The notes under the pieces are model-generated. The model saw only the letters and a list, made by a program, of their open reading frames with translations, had not been told where the DNA came from and made no database searches. A stretch of DNA of 64,000 nt from Candidatus Anstonellales archaeon (lineage in GTDB: Archaea; Micrarchaeota; Micrarchaeia; Anstonellales; J096): positions 17,488-81,487 of the forward strand of contig JAWAFI010000002.1 in the NCBI GenBank assembly GCA_038890615.1, read 5' to 3'. This document shows positions 1 to 7,753 of this stretch, piece after piece (position 1 is the stretch's first letter; each line of letters opens with the position of its first letter). The translations under genes and the position numbers were made by a program.

Positions 1-1253
1 TAGCAAAAATAGATTCAGTAGTTGATAGGGTTAAGAAAGCAGAAAGCACAGAGGCAGCGGTTGGAGCGCTTATAAAATTGCTCGGCATAGATGAAATTCA
101 GGCAAAAGCAATACTTGAGATGAAACTCAGCAGGATAATAAAGATGGAAAGGGAAGAGATAGAGGCAGAGGTTGCAGAATTAAAGAAAAAAATAGACTAC
201 CTGAAAGGCATACTTGAGCATAGGGAAAGGCTGCTTGAGGTTGTAAAGGCTGAAATAAAAGAAGAGATGGCAAAGTTTGGGGATGAAAGGAGGACGCAGC
301 TAGCACCTGCAGATGAGGAGGAAGAGGAAATAATACTTGAGAACAAGGAGGAGTTCATAATACGAACATCAAAAGGGTATATGAAGAGGGTACCTGCAGA
401 GCTTTACAAGGAGCAGAAGCGCGGAGGAAAGGGGGTTATTTCAGCAAGGGTAGGGGAGGATGAGAGCATAGTTGAGGTGCTTGCGTGCAAGACAAAGGAC
501 ACTGTGCTACTTTTTGGAAAGCAAGGAAGGGTATACGCAATACCTGCGTACAAGATAGCAAGGGAGGACAGGTACGGAAAGGGGGTGCATACAAGCTCGC
601 TCCTGACAGAGGAAGGCGTGGAAGTAATAAAGATGCTGAGCATAGATGAAGATGCAGATTATTCTGGAAAATCATTCTTCTTTGTGACTAAAAAAGGGGT
701 TGTGAAGAGGACGCCTGTGGATGCCTTCAAGAGGCTTGGAAGGGTAGGGGTAAGGGCTATTGTGCTCAAAGAAGGCGATGTGCTTGTGGATGTAAAGATT
801 GTAAGCGAAGATGATGAAATAATTCTGCTAAGCAGCAAGGGCATGTCAATAAGGTTTGATGCAAATGATGTAAGGAACATGGGCAGGGTTTCTGCAGGAG
901 TGAGGGGCATGCGCCTAAAAGAAGATGACTATGTTGTAAGCGCTTCGTATGGAAGGGACGCAATATTCATAGTAACTGAAAGGGGTTATGGGAAGAGGGT
1001 TGAATCAGATAGGTTCAGGAAGCAGCACAGGGGAGGAAAGGGGATAAGGGCTATAAAGCTTGTTGAAAAGACAGGGAACATAGCAGGGGCAAAGGCGATA
1101 AGCGATGATTCAGCAGTGATAATCCTTACTGAAAAGGGCAAGAGCATAATGTTTGAGGCAAGCGATGTTAGGGTTATGGGAAGGCAGGCAAGAGGAGTTA
1201 GGGTTATGAGAGTAGAAGAGGGCGACAGAGTAAGCAGCTTGGCAGTGCTTTGA
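1..1253 (+). CDS. gyrA: DNA gyrase subunit A, C-terminal portion (5'-truncated by window edge)
   Basis: The reading frame is open from nt 3 with no upstream stop, so the gene continues to the left of the window. The C-terminal beta-pinwheel shows repeated RGGKG / QRGGKGV blades and a GIDEIQAKAILEMKL motif typical of GyrA-CTD. Confidence 0.8.
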   Translation, partial: AKIDSVVDRVKKAESTEAAVGALIKLLGIDEIQAKAILEMKLSRIIKMEREEIEAEVAELKKKIDYLKGILEHRERLLEVVKAEIKEEMAKFGDERRTQLAPADEEEEEIILENKEEFIIRTSKGYMKRVPAELYKEQKRGGKGVISARVGEDESIVEVLACKTKDTVLLFGKQGRVYAIPAYKIAREDRYGKGVHTSSLLTEEGVEVIKMLSIDEDADYSGKSFFFVTKKGVVKRTPVDAFKRLGRVGVRAIVLKEGDVLVDVKIVSEDDEIILLSSKGMSIRFDANDVRNMGRVSAGVRGMRLKEDDYVVSASYGRDAIFIVTERGYGKRVESDRFRKQHRGGKGIRAIKLVEKTGNIAGAKAISDDSAVIILTEKGKSIMFEASDVRVMGRQARGVRVMRVEEGDRVSSLAVL

Positions 1254-1257
1254 TAAG

Positions 1258-2376
1258 ATGAATAAAAATACTCGGCTGCTTTCCAAAATAAGCTTTTTTA
1301 CTGATGCAAGCAGCGAAATAATAAGTGCTATACTTCCAATATACTTGACGCAGGGGCTTGGCCTTGGGGCGCATGTTGTTGGGATCGTAGAAGGAGTGGC
1401 AATTGTCATTACAGAGATGATAAGGTCAATAGCTTCATATGTGCAGGAAGGGTATAGGGGGAGGAAAATATTCGTGCAGATCGGCTACTGGCTCTCTGCC
1501 ATTTTCAAGCTCTTTTATCCGCTCATAAACAGCAGCGGAAGCGCTTTGATAATCCACACCCTGCAAAGGGCAGGAAAGGGCATAAGGGAAGGGGCAAGGG
1601 ACGCCATAATAGCAAAAACAGAGACAACTAAATTAGGGGAGGCCTTTGGCTACAGGAAGATGATGGACAATCTAGGAGCAGTAATAGGCTCACTGCTTGC
1701 GCTTATACTTGGCTATATGTTTGCTGGTAATTATTGGGCTATTTTTGCTATAGCAGCACTACCTTCCTTGCTTGGGGCAAGCATGACCGCAAATATAGTG
1801 GATGTAAAAACAGTCCCTAAAAAAGTTACAATTAAGAGAATGGGGGGCAAATTCTTCCTTTTCCTTGTAGTTTGCAGCATATTTGCAATTTCGCTTTTCA
1901 GCCATTCTTTCATTGTGCTGCTTGGGGCTGACTATGGAAAGCCTTTTGAATTTTTCCTTGTTTTCAACATACTTTACCTTATAGTATCGTACCATATAGG
2001 CAAGGGGTTTGACAAAGACCGATACTCCGTTCTGCTTTTGCCCTTTGTTTCAATGCTGCTGCTTGGGATTGCAGCGCTTTTCAACAACATAATAGCAGCT
2101 GTGTTTATAGTGCTTTTTTATGCAATAGGTAAGGGAAGCATAGAGGTAATACCCAGAGCTATGCTTAAGGGAATGGGGCGTGCTTACACAATGGAGGTAG
2201 GGCTTATTTATTCAGCTATAGGGATGGCGCAATTCCTTGGAACAGTGGCAACAGGGTTCCTTTGGAACTACTTTTTAATTGGAGCCCGGCTTCCTTTGCT
2301 GCTCCCCCCTATTTTTGCCCTGCTTGCAGCAATTGTCTGGGTTGCAGGGCAAAGGCTTTTTAAGCACCACTTATAA
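1258..2376 (+). CDS. MFS-type transporter (polytopic membrane protein)
   Basis: About 11-12 hydrophobic helices. A GYRGRK motif after TM2 resembles the MFS loop signature. Confidence 0.55.
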   Translation: MNKNTRLLSKISFFTDASSEIISAILPIYLTQGLGLGAHVVGIVEGVAIVITEMIRSIASYVQEGYRGRKIFVQIGYWLSAIFKLFYPLINSSGSALIIHTLQRAGKGIREGARDAIIAKTETTKLGEAFGYRKMMDNLGAVIGSLLALILGYMFAGNYWAIFAIAALPSLLGASMTANIVDVKTVPKKVTIKRMGGKFFLFLVVCSIFAISLFSHSFIVLLGADYGKPFEFFLVFNILYLIVSYHIGKGFDKDRYSVLLLPFVSMLLLGIAALFNNIIAAVFIVLFYAIGKGSIEVIPRAMLKGMGRAYTMEVGLIYSAIGMAQFLGTVATGFLWNYFLIGARLPLLLPPIFALLAAIVWVAGQRLFKHHL

Positions 2377-2392
2377 AAACATCAGTGGCAAT

Positions 2393-3649
2393 ATGAACAG
2401 AAGTCTACTACTCGCAGCAATGCTCCTGCTCTCCATTGCTAACGCCATAACTGTTGAAAGCGGGGCAGAATGCAAAGCTGGCTTTTCTGAGAAAGTAGTT
2501 GTAAAGGTTTATGATGGGGAAAATTCCCCAATTGAAGGCGCGCTTGTGAATATAACCTACCAAAAGGATGCCACTACAGGAAAAGGATATGTAACAAGCC
2601 CCAATGTATATACTGACTCAAACGGAATGGCTTCATTTCTTGTAGTGAACATTGAAACGCTTGAGAGCAGGGTAAAGTGCGATTACACAATAAGGGCAAG
2701 CTATGGAGGGGTTAGCTCAAGGCTGGACACTTATTACAAGATGCCACAGCCATTTGGGATTACTATAAATGTATATCCTGTTATAATAAAGCTGCTTGAC
2801 AGGTACAAAAAGACGATCGAGCAAGGCAGCGTTTCAAGCAACGGAGTTCCGTGCATCAAAAGGGAGGACTACAGTTGGAAATGCTATGGGGGGAAAGGAA
2901 CGGTTTTCACTGCATCGTTTGGGGATTCCACAAAGGAATTTGAAGAAGATATAACAAATAGCACATACAAATACTATGTCCTTGATGTTTACCAGGCAAG
3001 CTTGCTACTGAAAGATGACACAGGGAAGCTTGTGAGCGGTATAGTTAAGGTAGGGGACCATTCCTATCAAGTAGAAGGTGAGGCGCCTGTTGTAGCTTAC
3101 CACCAAACAGAAACAGTAAGGGCAGAGGGGCTTGGAATAACGAAAGAAAGGGCTGTCGATTTTGCATCCACAGATGTTGTTGCTTTCATCTTTGACATAC
3201 ACAGCCCGTTGATAGGGCAAACAACCATAGAAGGAAATGATGACAATACCAAGATGATTATAAAATCCCACATAACTGATACCATAGGGGTTTCAAGCGC
3301 TAAGGTGCTTTATACAGTAGGGGGCAAAACCTCGCAGGCAAGCGGTGTAAAAAGAGGGGACACTTACGAATTCACGCTTCCAGTCCCTGAAAATTACAGG
3401 ATCGTAAGCATAACAATAGTTGCCACTGATGCTGATGGAAACACCGCACAGAGGAGCGGAACAATAACTATCACTGAGGTTAAAGAAGAGGGAGGGAGCA
3501 AAGGAGCTTCAACCCAAACAGGGCAAGAAGGAGGAGAGGTAAACATTCTTTTAATAGGAGCAGGTATAATAGTGGTGCTTATAGCTATTGTTGCCTTCTT
3601 TTACTTCAAGTCAAAGATGGAGTGGGAGAAGGAGCAGAAGGGGCAGTAG
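2393..3649 (+). CDS. Secreted or surface protein with N-terminal signal peptide and C-terminal TM anchor
   Basis: An ATG at 2393 lies in frame with the ORF-track ORF. The N-terminus MNRSLLLAAMLLLSIANA looks like a signal peptide. The body is Thr/Ser-rich beta-type sequence, and the C-terminus has a hydrophobic helix followed by a basic tail (FYFKSKMEWEKEQKGQ). Confidence 0.5.
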   Translation: MNRSLLLAAMLLLSIANAITVESGAECKAGFSEKVVVKVYDGENSPIEGALVNITYQKDATTGKGYVTSPNVYTDSNGMASFLVVNIETLESRVKCDYTIRASYGGVSSRLDTYYKMPQPFGITINVYPVIIKLLDRYKKTIEQGSVSSNGVPCIKREDYSWKCYGGKGTVFTASFGDSTKEFEEDITNSTYKYYVLDVYQASLLLKDDTGKLVSGIVKVGDHSYQVEGEAPVVAYHQTETVRAEGLGITKERAVDFASTDVVAFIFDIHSPLIGQTTIEGNDDNTKMIIKSHITDTIGVSSAKVLYTVGGKTSQASGVKRGDTYEFTLPVPENYRIVSITIVATDADGNTAQRSGTITITEVKEEGGSKGASTQTGQEGGEVNILLIGAGIIVVLIAIVAFFYFKSKMEWEKEQKGQ

Positions 3650-3770
3650 CAATCTGGCAATATTCTTTTTGGGACATTAGCATGGGCCTTAAGAAAAAAG
3701 CAGGTATAATAATGGGCAAAGGGGGAAAGAAGGGTTGTTGGAAGATTTATAGAACGTAAGGGGCTTGGCA

Positions 3771-4022
3771 ATGATGGAATTATTGAGAGAGTGGTCTCAC
3801 AGCTATTAGCAGCAGGAATTAAGGAAAGAGGCTTTTGAGGAGCTTAAGAGGATTAATAAGGAAAGGAAGAAGATTGGATAGGAAAGGAGAAATGAGATTG
3901 GAAAAGAGCTGCTAGAAGAATATAAAAAAAAGAAAAGAGTTTCAGTTGAGAGGGTTGCAAAACTTATTTTAGCAGGGGCGAAATTGGATTTGCAGGATGA
4001 TGATATATTAGAAGAAAGATAA
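3771..4022 (+). pseudogene. Pseudogenized fragment of the ankyrin-family conserved N-terminal module (two in-frame TAG stops, truncated before the ANK repeats)
   Basis: A single frame reads MMELLREWSHSY*QQELRKEAFEELKRINKERKKIG*ERRNEIGKELLEEYKKKKRVSVERVAKLILAGAKLDLQDDDILEER*. It aligns to the N-termini of the ANK proteins at 62492-62944, 53864-54625 and 52797-53819 (KEDKEAFEELRRINKEKRKEIGE...LGKELLEECKK...LILKGANLN). The in-frame TAGs are at 3807-3809 and 3879-3881. Confidence 0.6.
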
Positions 4023-4086
4023 AGGGGTGAAACGAGGAATAAGCTTTATAAATATGGTTGTAATATATTTATGAAGGTGACAATAT

Positions 4087-4821
4087 ATGGGAAGAAAGAA
4101 GCTGTTCAACATAAACATAGTAATTGACCAAAGTTGGCTCAATGCTTATAACCTTTCAAAAAAGATGATGGATTCTGACAAGAAGGAGTTTGAAAAGCTG
4201 AAAGAGTATACTGCAAGGCTTAATTCAGAAATAAAGAAAGTCAAAGTAGAAAGGTTCACCAAGGAAGTTAGGGAGAGCATTGCAAAAAGATATGGGCTTT
4301 ATAGCATTGACAAGGCATACTTGGCTTTCAACAAAATCACAGGAATAAAGAGAAGGGCTTTCATGGGGAGAGTTGAAAGGGGAGTTATACCAGTGGTTAA
4401 GGTAGGAAGGTTCAGGTATATCCCAAGCGAAGTAATGGATTACTATGTTGGCGTTTACAGCAAGTACCAATCCCTCACAGAAGCATACAAGAAGCTTGAG
4501 GGTGAAGGATTCATCCCAAACCTAAGAGCTTTCATAGGAAGGGCAGAAAAAGGCTCTGTGCCAAACGTTAAGATAGGGACGAGGAAATTCATACCAAATG
4601 TAGTTGTTGATGGCCTGACTAAGGTTGCAAAGTATTATTATGACGTTCCAACTGCGCTCGAGAAAATAAATGATGCTGGGCTCAAGATCTCTTCCAATGC
4701 CTTTGAGAGGAGATTAGACAGGGGGAGGATACCTTTCATAAAAATAGGAGGAAAAAGGTACATCCACAAATCAGTTCTTAATGAAATGATAACACAGGAG
4801 ATTCAAAAAAGGAGTAGGTAA
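4087..4821 (+). CDS. DNA-binding protein with three tandem excisionase/MerR-type HTH (HTH_17-like) repeats
   Basis: Three internal repeats of roughly 45 aa follow the pattern AF-x-GR-x-x-RG-x-IP-x-x-K-x-G-x-x-RYI (RAFMGRVERGVIPVVKVGRFRYIP; RAFIGRAEKGSVPNVKIGTRKFIP; NAFERRLDRGRIPFIKIGGKRYIH). The stop codon directly abuts the PolB start codon (4821/4822). Confidence 0.45.
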   Translation: MGRKKLFNINIVIDQSWLNAYNLSKKMMDSDKKEFEKLKEYTARLNSEIKKVKVERFTKEVRESIAKRYGLYSIDKAYLAFNKITGIKRRAFMGRVERGVIPVVKVGRFRYIPSEVMDYYVGVYSKYQSLTEAYKKLEGEGFIPNLRAFIGRAEKGSVPNVKIGTRKFIPNVVVDGLTKVAKYYYDVPTALEKINDAGLKISSNAFERRLDRGRIPFIKIGGKRYIHKSVLNEMITQEIQKRSR

Positions 4822-7134
4822 ATGAAGGCTTTCCTTCTTGATGCTTCATACGCCATTAAGAAGGATAAGACCTATGTAAAACTGCTTTTGAAAAACAGAA
4901 AGGGGCTTTTTTACAGGTACTTCCAATACGATCCTTATTTTTATGCAGAACCATCTGCCGAGCGATTGGTAAAGGCAATGGCAGAAGTGAAAGGTGTTGA
5001 AAGGGTTAAGATGATAAAGGGCTTTGAGGAAAGAGAACTGCTCAAGGTAATATGCAGCAGGCCAGGGGATGTGAGGGCTTTAAGGGATCGGCTCAAGGGA
5101 AGGTGCTACGAGGCAGATATAATATTTGCAAAAAGGTTCCTGGCCGACTTTGGGCTTGCCCCTAATAGAAGGCTGATATACACAAAGAAGGGCAAAAATG
5201 AGATAGCAGAGATTAAAGGGCAGGAAGAAGGTGAGCTTGTTTTAAGCAAGGTTGCAATTGACATTGAGGTATCAAACCCAGACATAATACCAGACCCAAG
5301 CAGGGATCCAGTAATAATGTTCAGCTACAAGTCAGCAACAGAGCAAGGTGTAATCACTACAAAGAACATAGATAGGGATTTTGTCAAAGTAGTAAAAAGC
5401 GAGAAAGAGCTGATAGAAAGGGCATTTGAGATTATAGACAAGCATGAGCTCATATATGGCTACAACTCCTCCAACTTTGACATCCCCTACTTGATTGAAA
5501 GGGCAGATAAGATAGGGGCTAACTTCCCTATAAAGGTGAGAAAGGTAAGGAAAGGGCTTTTCACAGGGCTAAGCATTTCAAAAAAAGTCCATGTAGACCT
5601 TTACTACTCATCAAGGCTTTACGCTGCTATAGGGCTAATAAAACCTTCTGATTACACCTTAAAAGGCGTTTTTGAATATATGTTCCAAGAAAAGAAGCAA
5701 ACTTTTGACAGGATACACATTGGGGATGCATGGAAAAACGACAAAGAGCTAGGAAAGCTCGCTGATTACTCCCTTTCTGATGCAATATGCACCTACAAGA
5801 TAGGGGAAAGGTTTATAGATCTCCAGAAAGAGATGTCAACCATATCTGGAATACCTTTGTTTGAGCTCAGTTTTTCAACAAGCGGCCAGATGGTCGAAAG
5901 CCTTCTTATCCACGAATCAAGGAAAAGAAATATTATAATCCCTTCAAAGCCAACAGAGAGGGAAGTCAAGGAAAGGCTAATGAAGAGCGTTGTAGGGGGC
6001 TATGTGAAGCTTCCTGAGGCAGGGATATATGATGACATAGCTGTGTTTGACTTCAGGGGGCTGTACCCATCAATAATAGTTTCATACAATGTAGACCCAA
6101 ATACAATAAGCAATGAAGGGGAGCACTTATCCCCAACAGGAACCAGGTTCCTAAAAGAGCCAATAGGGCTCATCCCTGCAGTTTTGCTTGAGCTCATAAA
6201 GAAAAGGAGCAAAATAAAGGATGAGCTTAAAACTTTGGGGAGAGAAAGCAAGGAATATGAGAGGGCATCAAACAGGAGCTTTGCGCTCAAAATACTATCA
6301 AATTCGTTCTACGGCTACTTGGGCTATGCAAGAAGCAGATGGTATTCATTTGAGTGCGCAGAAAGCATAACAGCATGGGGAAGGAAGCACATAAAAGACG
6401 CCGCAGAAATAAGCGAGCGCAATGGCTTCAAGGTTCTTTACATAGACACAGACAGCCTTTTCATACTGACAGAGGGAGAAAAGGACAAGGTCCTCTCCCT
6501 AGTTAAAGACATAAACAATAAATTGCCAGGGGAGATGGAGCTTGAGCTTGAGGGGTTTTACAAGAGAGGCATATTCGTTAGCAAGAAGAGCGAGGAGAAG
6601 GGAGCAAAGAAAAAGTATGCACTGCTTGGAGAGGACGGAAGGATAAAGATAAGGGGCTTTGAGTTGGTAAGGAGGGACTGGTCTGGCATTGCCAAAAAAA
6701 CGCAGGAAAGGGTGCTCAATGCACTCCTGATAGACGGAAGCAAGGAAAAAGCAGCAGAAATAGTAAGGGAAGTAATTGACAAGCTTAGGAAGAAAGAGGT
6801 GCCAAAGGAAGATCTAGTTATTTACACCCAGTTAAAGAAGGATCCTGCTGAATACGATGTAATAAGCCCGGAAGTTAGTGCAGCCAAAAAAGGCATAGAA
6901 GCAGGCATGAGGATAGGGAAGGGTTCTGTAATAGGCTATATAGTTGGATCAAAAGGGAAAAGTATCTCAGACAAGGCAGTAATGGCAGAAAATGCAGAAG
7001 ATTACGACAGCAACTACTACATAGAGCACCAAGTGCTGCCTGCTATAATGAAGCTCCTTAAGGAATTCGGATATAGTGAAGAAGAGCTGATTAGCCAGCA
7101 CAAGCAGAAAAACTTGGGTGATTTCTTTGGATAA
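4822..7134 (+). CDS. polB: Family B DNA polymerase, replicative archaeal type with 3'-5' exonuclease
   Basis: Motifs seen are Exo I AIDIEV, Exo II YNSSNFDIPYL, Pol A DFRGLYPSIIVSYN, KKKYALLG and Pol C LYIDTDS. The 770-aa length and overall collinearity match Thermococcales-type PolB. Confidence 0.9.
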   Translation: MKAFLLDASYAIKKDKTYVKLLLKNRKGLFYRYFQYDPYFYAEPSAERLVKAMAEVKGVERVKMIKGFEERELLKVICSRPGDVRALRDRLKGRCYEADIIFAKRFLADFGLAPNRRLIYTKKGKNEIAEIKGQEEGELVLSKVAIDIEVSNPDIIPDPSRDPVIMFSYKSATEQGVITTKNIDRDFVKVVKSEKELIERAFEIIDKHELIYGYNSSNFDIPYLIERADKIGANFPIKVRKVRKGLFTGLSISKKVHVDLYYSSRLYAAIGLIKPSDYTLKGVFEYMFQEKKQTFDRIHIGDAWKNDKELGKLADYSLSDAICTYKIGERFIDLQKEMSTISGIPLFELSFSTSGQMVESLLIHESRKRNIIIPSKPTEREVKERLMKSVVGGYVKLPEAGIYDDIAVFDFRGLYPSIIVSYNVDPNTISNEGEHLSPTGTRFLKEPIGLIPAVLLELIKKRSKIKDELKTLGRESKEYERASNRSFALKILSNSFYGYLGYARSRWYSFECAESITAWGRKHIKDAAEISERNGFKVLYIDTDSLFILTEGEKDKVLSLVKDINNKLPGEMELELEGFYKRGIFVSKKSEEKGAKKKYALLGEDGRIKIRGFELVRRDWSGIAKKTQERVLNALLIDGSKEKAAEIVREVIDKLRKKEVPKEDLVIYTQLKKDPAEYDVISPEVSAAKKGIEAGMRIGKGSVIGYIVGSKGKSISDKAVMAENAEDYDSNYYIEHQVLPAIMKLLKEFGYSEEELISQHKQKNLGDFFG

Positions 7135-7750
7135 GCTGAAAGTTGGTAGGAAGCTTTTGCTGCTCAAAAACGGCTTTATTGAAGGCAACAAAGAGGTGCT
7201 ATGGGCCTGCGAAATAGGGGAGAAGGAGCAGGCGCTCTTTGAGGAGGTAAAGGATTGCTTTGTGCCTGCAAAGGGCTTCTTTAAAGGTGAGAAGAACTGG
7301 TTTTTAGGAATAATAAGAGATGGAATTGTTTTCATTCCCAACGAATTGGTCAAAACAGCTGAGCTTGAGAAGCTAAAAGAGAGCCACAGGCAAAGGATTG
7401 CAGAAGGGGTAGTGTACAATCTTGCAAGAATGCACTCGAAATCAATAATGCTTAGGAATTTCTCGCTTGCAAACTTGCTTTATGGAAGGGATGTTGTTTT
7501 TCTTGACCCATCCAAACTTGCGAGAGCAATGGATAGCATAGGGCTCGTAAATGAGTTCTTATATGCAATGAAGGCCTTGATCATGTCAGATATTGTAGGT
7601 AAGGGAAACGCACAGGAATATATAAGCGCATATTTCCTAAGGATGAAGGAAGCATGCAGGGCATGGTACATAAGGAAGTATAAAATAAGGCCCAAGAAGG
7701 AAAGCGAGATTGTAAGGGAGATGTATGACAGCATAATAATGTTTCACTAA
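7118..7750 (+). CDS. Hypothetical protein, possible RIO/Bud32-like kinase fold with substituted catalytic residues
   Basis: Overlaps the polB 3' end by 17 nt. The segment NLARMHSKSIMLRNFSLANLLYGRDVVFLDPSKL resembles a kinase catalytic loop and DFG region, but HGD is replaced by LRN and DFG by LDPS. Weak. Confidence 0.3.
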   Translation: MISLDKLKVGRKLLLLKNGFIEGNKEVLWACEIGEKEQALFEEVKDCFVPAKGFFKGEKNWFLGIIRDGIVFIPNELVKTAELEKLKESHRQRIAEGVVYNLARMHSKSIMLRNFSLANLLYGRDVVFLDPSKLARAMDSIGLVNEFLYAMKALIMSDIVGKGNAQEYISAYFLRMKEACRAWYIRKYKIRPKKESEIVREMYDSIIMFH

Positions 7751-7753
7751 ACA

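Noticed and set aside
3807-3881. Two in-frame TAG codons as evidence of amber reassignment or pyrrolysine
   Set aside because: At least one confident gene (2393-3649) appears to terminate with TAG, and there is no Pyl biosynthesis or tRNA-Pyl signal in the window. The region also ends in TAA before any ANK repeat. A pseudogene is the simpler reading.
4822-7134. PolB as a casposon, pipolin or viral protein-primed polymerase
   Set aside because: It is full-length and collinear with Thermococcales-type replicative PolB including the C-terminal tail. It has no TPR1/TPR2-like insertions. No Cas1, integrase or terminal inverted repeats flank it.
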